Below are positions 23,900-37,756 of a stretch of DNA of 64,000 nucleotides, piece by piece. The position numbers were made by a program, and so were the translations under genes. The DNA is from Raillietiella orientalis (taxonomy: Eukaryota), in contig JAYWIR010000004.1 of NCBI GenBank assembly GCA_036172245.1, positions 5,146,001-5,210,000 of the forward strand, read 5' to 3'. How positions within the stretch are numbered: the first letter of the stretch is position 1; the number at the start of each line of letters is the position of its first letter. Under the pieces are notes generated by a model. The model did no database searches. It was given only the letters and a program-made list of their open reading frames with translations, and had not been told where the DNA came from.

Positions 23900-26800
23900 T
23901 CCACCCTGTCACAAGTAAATAAGCATGCAGAGTAGGAAGCGAGGTTCTGCAGAAATCTTCACAGCGATAGGAAGGGGCTGTTTTGCACGCGGTTGAGTCC
24001 CAGAAGTGATGAATAGAAGGAGGACAATAAGGAAGGAAAATGAATAAGTGATTGGAGAGGGAGGGAGGTAAGGGATACCGGGACCCAGTGCTCTCTGGAT
24101 ATGGTGGTCTTGCCCGCAGCGCAGAGCGGAGACGGCCAAGAGGAGCGTGGCCTCACCTGCCGCTGAGGGGAGGAATCCACAGCACATAGAAGACTAGACC
24201 TCCCCTGCTTCTCGATGGCGGCAGCCTGCGCCCTCGGAGTGGTCGCGTCGGCCAGCCGGGTCTCCGTCCGTCCGCCAAGGAGTTTCGTGATCTCTGCAAT
24301 GGCGAAGGACCCCTCCCCTTGCGGTTGCCTGCGCGCTCTTGGGGGTCACCCGGCACCGAGGTCAGGGCTTGCGAGTTCGCGTTTCAGAGATCGTGGCTCG
24401 CGCGCGCCCAGGCGTCGAGCCCGCCCCCTGCCGCTGTGCGCTGGCTATCGCGGGGAGGCAGGAGCGCTTCCGGCGCGTGCGCTCCGCTTCTGGAGCGGCC
24501 GCGCGGAAGCAGGGGTGCGAGTCGCTCTCTCACCGGAGTAGAGCTGCTTTTTCCTCCACGGCTTCCGTGTGTCAAGTCCGGCGTTCTGACGCGGGGACAC
24601 CAAGTCTTTCAGCCGGATCCTGGTTCCCCACGGGACCTTCCTAAGCAGCGAAAGACGAAGAGTCTCCCGAACTCTGCTCCAGGGGCAAGCCACCGTCCAA
24701 GAAGACGGGTCCAGCGCCTTTCCTCGCCTTCTGAGGGCAGTCAGGACACGCTTCGGTGGCTCAGAACTCGCCTGCGGGCATGTCGAGGCTCTCGAAGGCA
24801 ATGCCCGCGGGAGGCTCCAGGAGTATCAGGTCCGACTGCGTTTTTCTCCCGGTCAAGTGCCTCTGGCGTTTATCTACCACAGATGAATTTTCTCACAGCA
24901 CACGCGTGTGGAGTCGCGATCCACCCTGGCAGGCTGGTCCAGGGAAGCGACCGGGAGTACGAAGGGGATGGGGCAGGAAACAGATGTGGACGAACAATGG
25001 TGGATGCGGAGATGGCCAAGGGGAGGGTGATCCCTTTCTCCTCTTTTTAAGGCGCTGTCTCTTGAGACGAGATGCCTCGATGCTGTGGATGCGGCGCAGG
25101 ACCGCCGTTGCAGCGGCCGGGAGAGTCCCATCTTGGAGGGAAAAACGTCGTAGGGCTCTCGTTGTCCGCGAGGAAGAAGACCCTCACCGCGCGAGGGAGG
25201 GGGAATGGCTCCTCCCCTTGAAGAGCGGAGATAGTCTGCGATCGCTCCTGGGTGCCGTCAGAGACCATGAGAGGGCGACGCTCGGTGAAAGCCAGGAAGG
25301 GGGTGAGCGAGTCGTCCTGATCCTGCTGCCGCCTTCGGGTAGGAGTTCTCTGACGGACGGCATGGCATTATTCCAGGGGGACAATCCGTTGAGAGAGGGA
25401 ACCAAGCAGCGGACGCGTTTCCGCTGCAAGGATCCCAGGGGTCGCCCGCGTCCAGCTCGTGAGCACGCAATGCTGCCGCTGGGGGGCAGATTACCCTCCT
25501 CCTCCCTTCTCGCGAGGGGGACGATGGGGATTTCCAGACTACGTCTTCTCCCACACCTGCCTCCCGACTCCCCCTTAGATGGTTCCTCCTTGCGGGAAGA
25601 GTATCCCATTCAGCTCCTCGGAAGGATGCCCTCCGCCTGTTCCTGGCAGCAATGCAGGCACCCACGCATCCCTGGACCAGCTGCGTTTCGCGTCCCGATC
25701 GCATCCCTCTATGCCTGGCAGCGTCCACCCTCATCCCCGAAAAAGGCTCCGCTTACCTCTCTCCTGGGACGGCGGGTCGCAGATGGCCGCGCCATCCCCT
25801 CCTGTGTTGCTGCTGATGCCTTCCTTCTCCCTCCCATTCTCTTCCCCCGTTGCCTCTTCCCCTTCTCACGCTTTTCCTCGGCTTGCTTAGGACTGAGGGA
25901 GTGACCTCTCCCTCCCTGCTCCCACAGGGCCCAAGGATCGCCATCGAGAGTTCCTCCTCATCTTCTGGATTCTCTAAGGAACGCCGCGTTGGCCACGGCA
26001 GGCGACCGGGGGCCGCTCCGGTCCTCCAGCTTTGGGCTGCGTGCCGCCGGGAGGTTCCTTCGCCCGCTGGACTTGGCTGGGTGCGCCCCCGTCGCCATTC
26101 CGAGGCTGACGCCCTAGGAGCCTAGTAGCGGCTACTTGCCGGGGTCCTGAGGTCGGAGAGCATGGCAGAGGGAAGAGAGGAGGTCAGCGCGCGTATAAGG
26201 TCGAGTCTGGCGGTGTAGGGTAGCCGGGATTCCCAAGATGGCGAGGCGCAGCAGGAAGCCAGGATCCCTCGGGGCGGAGGAGGTCGCGCACCGCATCGGA
26301 CCGATGTCGGCGGAAAACGCAGCTGCTGCCGCGTCGCCCGGACAACGTAGGTGGACCGGTTCTGGAGTCGCCATGTGGGCCCGCAGCAAGTGGCACGCGC
26401 AGACGGCGCCAGCTGGAAGCGCCGCGTGGCGAGCGGAGAAGACGACAGGCGGGAGGCGGGCCGGGAGGCACCCTACCCCGCCCGCGGGACGATCGCCACC
26501 GGTCCGAAAACGCTGGAGGACTCGCGGACTGGAGAACTGGAACGGCGAAGCAGACGCGAATCCTGGTCGTTTCCTCAGTGCGCACCCCAAAGCGTTGGGG
26601 ACTGCGGTCAGCTGGTCTCTTGCGCCTCCTGTGCCAACTTCCCTCTACCCCCCGCCCCTTCCAAGGAGATCCAATGCTCGCAAGGAGGCTTCGAGGGATG
26701 CGACTCTTCCGCATCCGCAAGGGCTCCGTGGATAGGAAGGGAATTCCTCACCGAAAGCTCGACTGGACATCCCCTCCCTCCCTCGGGGTCCCTCCTTCGT

Positions 26801-26900
26801 CCCGAGACGGAAGGATCACATGGAGGGATCTTCGGCGGAGAGTTCCTGGAAAATTCCAGGGGGAAGCGCTCGAGCAACTTCCGACGCAGGTGATGCGCAC
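23900..26900 (-). mobile_element. Degenerate non-LTR retrotransposon ORF1/APE relic (boundaries approximate)
   Basis: Minus-strand zinc-knuckle-like 'VCACHLLRAHMA' (~26400-26370) upstream of APE-like 'W..../ARVDR' (~24940-24915). GC-rich and frameshifted. Confidence 0.35.
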
Positions 26901-27169
26901 CTCGCTCTCCTGAACTGGTTCGCGGGAGGAGGCGCCGTCAGAAGCCCGATGGCGCGCAATCCTACTCCGAGTCTTCCCCGTGACCCCTCTCCAGGGTCAG
27001 CTACTCCCTCACCTCCTCCCTGTGACTGCTTTCTCACCCGAAATTCTGCCGATTTTTCTTTTCACCCGAAAAAGGGAAATCAGGAGAATTTCAAACGAAC
27101 GGGAGCAGCCCTCCAGGATGCACCGGCATCTCGCGGACTCGCACGCCCTCCCCGCGTCTCTGCTGTCTT

Positions 27170-28090
27170 CGTTCACCGTTGGAACATTTCCTTATTGGAA
27201 TAAAGAGAGGCGCAGGGCCTGCACGCAAAATGCCTTCTTTGCTTTCAACACTTCCGGTTCAAATGCCATCCTTCTACCAAGTGACTGGGCATGCGCATGG
27301 TGTTTAACGCGCGCATAGGAGCTCAACAGTCAGGAACCACCCCTTCCTACAGGATGTTTTATCATGCAGCTCCTATCCACGCTAGAACCTCTCCCTGGAG
27401 CAGCCAATGTGTTTGCGTACCTCCTCGAAGAGAGGATGAAATATACGCGGATGGAAGGATAGATTTGCGTAAAATTGACTACTTTCATTCACTCACGGAC
27501 ACGAGTTTTCTTGGCATCTCTCTTGGTACCCATGCATTTCTGTATTTTCGATAATGAGTACGTTTGACATCCTGTGCGGATAAACCTGAATATTTTCCCA
27601 CTAGTCCTTTGTTATTTCCTGGCATCACAGCAGGCAAGTTGGTACTAACTTCTAGTCCAATTTCATCTGAAATCTTGAATCTTTCCAACTGTGAAAACTT
27701 CTACAGTAGGATGAGCTTTCAACGACTGGCAGCACAGAAAATCCTTGCTGACTTCGCCTTCGAATTCACAACTTGCGAATCCAAGCAAATCAGTCTGAAA
27801 ATTTTGCAGCTTTGCCTTATTGTAAGAACAATAAAAATGGATTTTTTTTTTAGCGCTCTTTCGAAAGTTGGACAGACTGCTTGATTTGTGCTTGATATTT
27901 CATTTCTGGAACTGGGAAAGCTTGGAGAGTTTCACACTTCCACTGGATGCCGTTGAATGGTAGGAAACAATTGCTCATGACGATCAAATAGCATGCAAAT
28001 GTTTGGATTCGATGCAATAGGTACAGATCTGTTTCTTCATCCGAGGTGATCAAACATTCAGATATCTTGCAACTTTATCTGTTTCATCAG
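27170..28090 (-). mobile_element. hAT (Charlie/Buster, SCAND3/ZBED-like) transposase pseudogene fragment
   Basis: Ordered motifs: SDEETD (~28040; cf. LDESTD), STNLPAVMPGNNKGLV...VKRTHY (~27650-27550; cf. TDGA.AM.G...G.V...THC..HR), KVVNF (~27480), HWLLQGEVL (~27400; cf. RWLSRGKVL). Multiple stops. Confidence 0.65.
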
Positions 28091-29766
28091 TGTTTTTTCT
28101 CGTTTGAACGTTCATCTAACTTTTAACCACCGATCCATGGGAGCGATCAGGAATTTATTTGACAACCCCGATCAATTATATGACGTTGGCAACCAGTACT
28201 GTGATTGCCTGATATGTCATTTTGAGGTGCAGAAACTGAAAACAGTCCTGGAAAGAATGGATGTGGAATGAATTCCAGCCAGAACGCGCTGATTCCCGGA
28301 CTACTGCATGAATGGGTTGATATGTGACTTCATATAGGAACAGTGAAAACAACTTCCCGGTTTTGTTAGCATTGGGGAGAAAGCAGATTTTGGAAAACGG
28401 TTTCCTGAGAAATAGTTTTTTTTTTCTGTATTATCTCACCATATAACTCATGGAGAGAGTTAAGGCAGCTTTTGTCATGCCGTCAAGAGATAATCAGAGT
28501 GTATAATCAAGATGGTACCATGCCTCTCAACTCCGTAGGTTATACCGACCTGACTTTTTTTTAGTGCAGCCAGACAGATCAGATAAACTTGAAATTTACA
28601 AGATATGGCTTAGCTTGAGCAAAGTTTCACCAATCAGATTAACGCTGAAACCTTTTGAAATTTCATGCAAGGTCTAGGGATGTTATCGTTACTACTCTCA
28701 AGGACCACCAGGGGTTTGGGAACCCTGGACTGGTAATTAATGATGTGGATTTTTAAGCTAGGAAGTAGTGACGGTTTAAAGAATTTTAATTTCGGTATTC
28801 GCTTCAAGGATGCACATCTGTTTCAAGATTATTTAAAATCGACCGTCAGACGTTTTCCTCTTTCCTTTGTTTTATTTATAATGTATTAAGATTTTCGATT
28901 CCATTGATGCTTTTGTCATTTGTTAATGAAAATTTGCTTGTTCTAAGTTCTTGAAAGCTGAATACATTTTGTTCCTCGAACTTCAACTTCATGGTTTTCT
29001 ATTTTTATATTTTCCCTATACTTTTATAAAAAAACTTGATGAATTGTTCATTTGCTGATAACTAACTCACGCAAATGAAGATAGGGATTGGAATTTTTCC
29101 CTACAAATATTGGATAGAAGTGATCCAGAGTTGCAAGGGGTGGAATTAGAGAAAACAGTAGACTCAGATGTGCAGTAAAGCATTTCATGAGTTCGAAGTG
29201 GCGAAAACCCGAAACATCCAACATGTGTAACTTATGCATTGTATATTTAATTTACTAGACCTATAGACAATTGAAACTACATAAGGATCACTCTAAATAA
29301 AACGCTAATTATATAAACGTAAAGTACGCAATTTCATGTTCCTTGTATGTATTAAGATGTGAAAATTGAAACAAAATAAGAACGAGACCTCAAAAAGCAG
29401 ACTAACTGCTAAGTAAAAAGTACATTGCTACATGTTAATAGGTGCTTACCGGTCTGTGGAGATGACTGCAAGTGAATTAGCAGGTGTAGTATTTACACCT
29501 AATTTGCAGCCATTGAATAGGGATGAGTGAAATAGAGATCTATTTGTATGTTAAATTATCCTGTAATACCATATGTAATATAGATGGAAATTTGGTATAA
29601 AGAATGAAAGACATCGCAGACAGTAAGGAATTTTGCTATTCATGATCTAATGCACTACTGGATATCTGCAAGAGTTACTTCAGTTTTTGTGTACATGTAT
29701 TTATCATTTGGCATTCCTGGTATTTCATTTTAATATAATTCTAAAGTTACCAGAAAACTTGGAGCA

Positions 29767-32700
29767 ATGGATACAAAATCAGTATGTGCAAAAATTGGCC
29801 CATCGATCTTGAATGCAGATTTATCGTATCTGGCTGAAGAGTGCAAAAAGTTATTGTTGTGTGGTGCCGATTATATACACCTAGATGTCATGGATGGAAG
29901 TTTTGTCCCCAATATAACCTTTGGACATCCTGTAGTTGAATCCCTAAGAAGACATATAACTGATGCATTTTTTGATGTGCACATGATGGTCCAAAATCCA
30001 GAACAAGTAAGACAATATTGCTGTTAAGTATGATTTGGTACCCGAATATAATCATCATGGGTTGATGTTAACTGAACCAAAATAAAAATTTCTGCCGTTT
30101 TTCTCCTTCAAAAAAATTGTATTTTGCATCTATTGCAAGGTTTGTTTTCCGATTTGTAACTCTTGAAGATTCAGAAACCAAATGTACAACAGGAAAACAC
30201 AAACTGAATGTACTCAGATCATACTCTATGTTACATAGTCAGTAAAAAGATTCTTGTATTGCCCTTAGAAAGACAATGAGTTAAAAACAACATTTGGTGC
30301 TTAAAAAAAGTTCATTTCTTAAAACTTCCCTTTTTGGGCGTAGCATTCATAGCATTCCATATGATTCCATGTGACCAAGTGTTTTTAAAGCATTCAAATT
30401 TTTGTTTAGTTTTGCAACATAGTTTTGCAATTTCTGTTCTTTGAGCAGAGCAATATATGCATGTTTTTATTCTGTGCAATGTTCACATTTTAGTATATAC
30501 TAACATCTCTCATTGTCAGTATATATATTCCAGTATATGATTTTCATGTGTTTGCATATTGCTAAATTGCTGTAAATCTTTTGGATCTACAATTTCCTGA
30601 AATTATGATGATTAAATGATAACCCCTGAATGTTTTTTTGATAATCAGTTTGGTGTGGTTACTTTATTGTTTAGTGCAATTGTAGTTTTAGTCAATAAAG
30701 CTTAATCTATAGCCCTTATTTATTGACAGCAGCTTGCTGCACAAAAAAAGAATTCTTTTGATTTAAGCCTGTACCAAAAATAATTAGCTTGGACTTTACT
30801 TGATTTCTTTTATTTTTTCCAGTTTATTGTATAAACTTAAGTTGCATCTAAACATTCACTTATTTTGGTAACTGATTTCGCAGTTTCATTGAGCTGCAGC
30901 TCACCTAGACAAAAAAAAAACATTTTTCATTTCAGGATGTTTTTTTTTTAAATAATTGCTTATATGATCTATTAAGGAAAGAGTCTATCAAAATGTTGTG
31001 TGCTCTTAAAATGTTTTAGTTCGAAAGCAATGTTTTCACACCATCCTTACTGATAATGAGAACACCATTTCAGGATTTCCTGGTTCTATTTCTGTTTTAC
31101 TTGTGTGTACAAACTGGTGATTTAATGCAATATTAATGGATTTAAGAGCTTACACAACTTCAGTAGGAAATGATATAGTGAGCATATCATCCAGTTCTCT
31201 TTTGTGATTAGTTTTTGAATACATGCTAATCAATATCATGGAGTATTGAAAGTAGTTTCTCAATTTGTCAACTTAAACATAAGTAAATATTCATTGGTTC
31301 AATGGATGGAATATTTAAGTAGATAAGTTGTTCTGAAACTCTTGAATCTTGTTTAGATTCACAGATTTCCGATTAAGGAGACACTATGTAGTGAGATAAG
31401 GGGTGCAATGCTTAAACAATGAAGTCCTAATCAAAAACAACTGGAATCTTGGCCATTTTTTTTTTTTTTTCCTTCTTGAACTGATGTTATTTCCATGGCA
31501 TGATATTTATTCAAGAATGTGACGATGGTTTTGAATATGCAGTTCCTGATAAGATCTGGATCAATGTAAAATGAATAAGTTTTTGATCTAATTGATTTTG
31601 CACTGAATAAATGAGTTTTTGATTTGGAACTTGAACAATGAAGTAATGCATTGGATTAGGTATTCCTGAAACACTAAAAGCCATTGTTGATTGTTTACTT
31701 CATCAGATGTTCATTGCATTAAATTAATTAAATATCCCTCAAAGGTTGCTGGTTGTTTATGCTCATTATCTATAGGAACACTCGAGAGTTTTCAGTTTGG
31801 AACTGCAGGTGACAATTAGATTGTTTATTGACAAATTGGACAAGTTGCATGGTAGTACAGTTCTGTACCATATCATGCAACATAGCCTGTTTTCAAACAT
31901 ATTTTAATTTTCATTTTTAAACACTTGTACCTTTTAAAGCACTTCTGTAGAGTTGTAGCTGAATGGATTATCATCATATTCCAAGTGTTGTGATGTTGGA
32001 TTTATGTGGTTCCCCACTGTGAGCAAAAGAAAAAAACTTTGCATTTGCCCACATCTTTTGCTTGTAAATTGTGCATACATTTGCAAGAAATGAAGGAAAT
32101 GCAGTTTCATGGTTGAAGAAGGAAAAAAAAAAAAGTTCTCCACATAGTAATTTTAGATACACTTATTTGGCTTTCGAACAAAAGAGTGTAATGGGACTGT
32201 GTTAAGCTTAGAAATGACAATGTGATATCAAACAAACATTTCAAACATTAGGTGCACAATGAAAAATTTTACCGAGTTTTTAAACAAATAAAAGTAAAGA
32301 TTTAGAATCTTTATTCAAAAAACACTGAAGATTACTTCAGGTAATTCAAATAACTTTATCACTGTAGAATTCATAAAACACAGTTAATACATAGCAACCC
32401 AAAACTGTTTAAATAAACTCAGCATTCACGTGGATTAGCATTATTATTTCATTCATCCTAAGTTTAGACTCCTAAACTTAGCTTCTGTGTTGCACTCTTT
32501 ACTGATCCATGTTCAGTCATCAAATGTTTGAATTGCAGTGGGTAGAGCCAATGGCGGTTGCTGGTGCAAATATGTATACTTTTCACTTGGAGAGTACAAC
32601 ACAACCAATTGAATTATGTCAACGTATCAAGAGAGCCAATATGAAGGTTAGTGAAATTATTAATCCTTATTAATGTTACCATCAAGCCTGCTGTTGCATT

Positions 32701-33060
32701 AAAACCTACAACACCTGTAGAAAACGTTGTAAATCTGGTTGATTCTGTTGATTGCGTGCTTGTGATGACTGTAGAACCTGGTTTTGGTGGCCAAATGTTC
32801 ATCACAGACATGATGCAAAAAGTCGCTTCGTTGAGACGTCAGTTCCCATGTTTGGACATAGGAGTAGATGGTGGGGTAAACAAGGATAACATTGTATTAT
32901 GTGCTCTTGTGAGTTTACTGTACACTGCACATCACATGGCATCTGTTGTATTCAGGCAGGGGCTAATATGATTGTATGCGGCTCAGCTCTCATTAAAAGT
33001 GATGATCCAGCAGAATACATTAAGCACCTTCGTGATGTTGTGAACTGTTCCCTGAGATGA
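29767..33060 (+). CDS. RPE: Ribulose-phosphate 3-epimerase; exons 29767-30006, 32539-32646, 32687-32908, 32956-33060
   Basis: [69 protein letters not shown]. All introns are GT-AG and phase 0; open frame through to TGA at 33060. Confidence 0.97.
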
Positions 33061-33134
33061 CAAACCAGATCTTAGCATTTGCAGCTTAACCTTTGATTAA
33101 ATAGTAAAATGAAAAGTAAGGTAAACTTTCAAAT

Positions 33135-34662
33135 TTAAGTATCATCTAATTCACTGGTATCTCCACTACCATAAGTAAACCATTCATGGCTCCCTATGTC
33201 TGATTCTATCAGATGATCTTCATTTTTCATGAAGCGAGCAAACCTAAGCTAAACATAATCAATAAACGACAATAAACAGAATTATTACCGTTTGGGGTTT
33301 TCGAGTCTGCTAACTAAATCCCAGACATTACACTGTGGGCTTGAACAAAAACTACGCAAATTTTCCAGTGCAAGGCTAGTTTCTCTTTCACCTTCTTCTA
33401 AGTATTCTTCTTCAGTGAGCAAACGACGGGGTTGTTGCTGATACCTGAAACAAAGCAGCATGTAAAATGGTTTGTAAAATAACAGTTTCTTGTAAGACTG
33501 GGTGTTTGACCAATGAGTGAAACATCAACTCCAAAAGTCCCTTCAAAAATGGTATGCTACTCACCAAGATATCTGCAGTCTATACCACCAGCAAGGTAAC
33601 AGAGAATAAACAGCTACCAAAAGAACTGATACTGCAAACATGACTTCCCATAAGTAACTGCTAAAACAAATCAACAGCAGGCCAATTCCTTGTAACATCC
33701 ATATCAACAGCTGTAAACTGCGAGGATGTGTCATTGGTTGGTAACGATACAATAGTGCAAAGGATATTAATGCAGTGAAAATTATGTATGCAATTATCAA
33801 ATTCACATGCTGGTGGACTAGGGAGTGGAAATTGCTCCATGCAGACTGAAACGCATACAGCATTATGGACCAGCCACCCAGGAGAAAACTGTATGCCATG
33901 ATTTTCTGAACTCAAATCATTAATGGACTTTCAAATGGGAATTACCTTTGGCATTAAACGACTTAGAATGAAAATCAGTATCAGTGCCGATGCAAGGACT
34001 CCAACTGATGTTCCCACTGTATAATAAAAGACTATGCTATTTGCAAAGAATGTAGAGCAGAGAAAGAGAGCTACACCAATGGCACACTGTAGTACTTTCC
34101 ATGGGTCAATTGCTGAAATTTAAAAAGTTCATTTTCACTAATTAAGAGAGCTTACATTTCCAATGCAAATGTAGAAAATAAGGTGACTTGGTATCAACTC
34201 CTACACAAGAGGCAGAAAAAGGATGTATTTTCATTGATTTTTGTTTCCATGGTTTTAATGCTATCCATGCTCTTTGAGCATCATGATAGTTTTGCAACAC
34301 CAAAGACTCATTTTGGGCCGTGTAGAGTTCAAATTCCTCACCTTTGATATTCAAGTGTAACTGCTTTAGGGTTACATAATATTGTAATTGTAGCACTCAC
34401 AGTTACACTGCTGAATACTTTCCAAAGTGCTTTGCCTTCTCCATTATAACAAAATATTTTCATTTCAGTAGAATAAGAACCTGGAACTTTCACGATGTGA
34501 TCCTTTTCCAAAGTGGATACGATAGCTGGAACTTAAATTTCCAACCTGTTCCTCAAAAAAAAATTCTGAACACATACTCTGAGCTCTGCATACGGCAAGA
34601 ATCATAAAAAAGATATTCAGAAGCACTCCATAAGTCTCAGCTCGCATACTTTTACATAGCAT
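33135..34662 (-). CDS. NEMP1: Nuclear envelope integral membrane protein (NEMP/TMEM194 family), about 7 exons
   Basis: Signal peptide; IFCYNG; IHPFSASCVGV; FYYTVGTSVGVLASALILIFILSRLMPK; LLGGWS; RSLQLLIWMLQ; RLLTEEEY...ETSLALENLRSFCSSPQC..W..VSRLENPKRFARF. Short GT-AG introns; TAA at 33137-33135. The exact start and first intron are less certain. Confidence 0.92.
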
Positions 34663-36369
34663 GCTTAGATTTCAAACAAAATCAAATCTTGCAACAGACT
34701 TTACGCCATTCGGTGTGGTAGACGTTTACTTACAACAGCACTGATCTACAAGGGACAATTCACATAGCACTCATGGTTGAAGGATGGGGACAATATTCCA
34801 CAAGTTTGTTTGATAAAAAATGCATTTCCGTATTAAGGGGCTTCATGAATGTACCCATGAGATCGCGGGGCTGCCTGAGATCCGCCAGTGTATGGCTTTC
34901 GGCCGAGAAATTGTGCAACAGAATTAATTAAGTTGTCCGTCCTCTCAACGACTACTTGGTCACGTTGTTGATGAGTTTCTCACTGCCTTCGTTGGAAACT
35001 TACCACGGGCGTGGAACCTTTTGCTCACAACCGTGTATTTTTGTTCGTTGAGAACACTCGATTCAGGCACGCTGGTTGACATGCTGCGAGGAAATTCAAG
35101 CAGCCCTCGGAAAGATTCCCAACGAACTTGCGGCCGAAAATGGGTCGCACCCACCGAAAATGCTCAGTTCGAAAACAACTCGAAACATTCGAGGACGAGA
35201 TTAAGGAACTGTCTTCATGTTCAGTTTCCTTTCATATTTTCATCTCAATGAAAATTACTTATGCGATTATTAATGTTAATTCGGGTCATTACACTACATT
35301 ACGTGCCTGTCAGTTACTGCTCTCCCCCCCCCCCCGGATTCGAATCACATTCAAGTCATCAAAAAACAAACTTCCATACAGAATACATCATCGTTAGTGT
35401 GGATGTATAACACGGGCATTGTACATCAATGGGATGACAATTTCAGTTTGGGTCTGCGTTCGTGACGGAGCAGAGCCAAGCAACGCAGCATCATTCATCT
35501 AAGCATGGAACTTAAAAGAGTCGGTCCACTCTTATCTAAGGTGAAACGTCAGAACTTTCTTTGTAACGTACTTCTAACTTTCTGGATCCGCAGCTGAATT
35601 TCACAGCGGTTTTTATTTTCCTATGTCCAGCTGCTGAAACGAAATGGAACAGTCTGTACATGCGTGCAAGCAAGGTTTGGTTTGTACGTACCAGTGCCTA
35701 AACCGTGAAACAACTTCGAACTACGCTTTCACGATTTTTTTTTTTGTACAGTAATTTTTATTAGTTTTATCAGTGGGAGGGGGGGGGGGAGGTGTTCGAA
35801 ATCGGCATCGGCCCACTCTCGTCTGCTGAAACGAATACTGATCCCTACGCATTAAAAGTCGGAATCGTTTTTTTTTTTTTTTTCGTCTTCTTATTTGCTC
35901 TGTTTCTCCTCGATTCATCGTTCTTTCTTTTCCTATTTTACTAATGGACTCATGTACACTCCAGGATGAGAACTGAGCCAACATCTCCACCTTTTTTTTT
36001 TCTTCTTCTTTTTTTTTTTACCAATGCTCTCTTTTCTCAATCATGAGGATCATTTGCATATCGCTCAAAGCTACTTCAACTGCCATACACTCCACATTGC
36101 AAAAATATTAAGAACAGTGGTTGAAGATTATTGGCATAATAAAAACAAAAAAAAATAGCGTAAAGCTTACATTTTGAAGACGAGTTTTCAACTTCCAAGT
36201 CACTTGCATGTCCAGAGCTCCCTTATTTCGCACCAATTCTTATTTCATAGTGGGTTTCCTCCATAGTACAAAGTACGAAGAAAGTCAAGTGTCAATAAGT
36301 TGGACAAATGGATGCAAATCTATTAATTAATTGGTCAACATTCCTTAGGTCATCACGGCGTGGGGCTTC

Positions 36370-37730
36370 AGTGTGTTTGAAGTGCACGAGGCTGCGACGT
36401 TGACTTGCCTACTAGTTGGACTACACGACGGTTTCCTTTAACACAGAAGGTGCACCATGCACGTGAAGCTTCCCGTGCAAGAGTGTCGTTTCCGGTTCCA
36501 CTGTCTTTCGAAGTCAGAGGTTGATTTTTAACACACCACTTACAACCATTAACCTTTAACACACCATTAACAAGCTTTTCTGCATGCACTTTGATTCTTG
36601 AAAAGAATTTTGCTTCAAACCAGGTAAGTCGATGTAAGAGAAAGAAGTGCACAGGCAGGCAGGACGAACTCCAGAAAAGAATCTTTCAAGTGTGCCGTTC
36701 GGCAACGTAAGTTGTGAGGTGAGTGGGGGAGAGGATGGTGGTGATGGCTGCTCCCAGTGCGCCTGTATCAAACAGCATGTGCAAATGAAGGTGCGAGTGC
36801 CCTCACACACGGCTCAGTTTACCTTGAGAGACCAACGTCCAGCTACGGAGACAGATCAGTAACAAGACTGGCTCTCCTATGAACAGGACGTGTGCAATAA
36901 TATTTTATCAAAGCTGAAGTTACTTGCGGAAACACCTTTGAGTGCGGTGCATTTTTGTTCTAGCTGCGCCTGCGTCAAAAGTAGGTGGGGTGTCCCCCCC
37001 CCCCAAAAGAAAAAAGAAAACCGCATCCGTCTGCGGAATGAAATCGAACTACGGCATTGAACGAGCTTGTTTTTTCATTCTTACTGGAACGTTTCTCGAA
37101 CGTATTCGAGTGCTCTCGACATGACCTTCCACAGCGGCTGCCATTTTTTTTCCCGCGCGACGGAACAACAAACAGCGCAAGAACCGAGGCCAAGGGAAAC
37201 TATCCAGGGTCGCATCCACAGTGGCAGCGGCGGAATAGGGTCGCTTGCAGAAAACGCCGAGTGCTCCTCGCTCCTATCCGTGGTTGCTGTTGCGCAACTT
37301 TTCTGCAGTCACGGTGCGCTCCTCGACTTCCCGCTTCCAGCTGCAAGCCAAGACTTTCCCCACCGCCCGACAAGCGGCGGGGTGAGTCTGCTTGCCGAAA
37401 TTCGAATTTCAACGAGATCCAACTACCACACTGGGCACGTCCGCTGTTCCTCTGAGGTCTACACCCAAGTCTGCATTCCAGTTCTTCGTTCGAGTGCCGC
37501 TCGCTTCTGGATCGTCTCATCTAGGGGGTGTTTTGAGGAAGTCTTGAAGAACTCCTTACACTCTTCCGGAAGCCCGCGGGATGTACCTGAATGTCCAGGA
37601 AGGCTCCCTTCCGCAGTTGCGGATCCCGAATTCTCTCTTCAGCGATCCTTGCGTGATTTCCATTTCCGGCACATTTCTCCCTTGGAAAAGCTTTCATCTT
37701 CCCTCTATGATGCTCGTGATGAAGACTGAG
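36370..37730 (-). mobile_element. Degenerate RT fragment of a different non-LTR clade (R2/R4/NeSL-like)
   Basis: Ordered minus-strand relics: PRIGARSTRRF (~37280), SCREHSNTF (~37120; cf. GC.EH.F), a NA.FD.IP-like segment (~37050), LKVNGCK (~36550). Confidence 0.45.
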
Positions 37731-37756
37731 GTCTTCCGCACCATCGGATTGTGTGC

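Noticed and set aside
24756..25904. 382-aa plus-strand ORF (and similar long ORFs at 6848-7771, 3271-4179, 22119-22946, 42946-43686)
   Set aside because: Arg/Pro/Gly/Ser-rich, no recognisable domain, overlapping ORFs in several frames; expected in GC-rich decayed repeat DNA.
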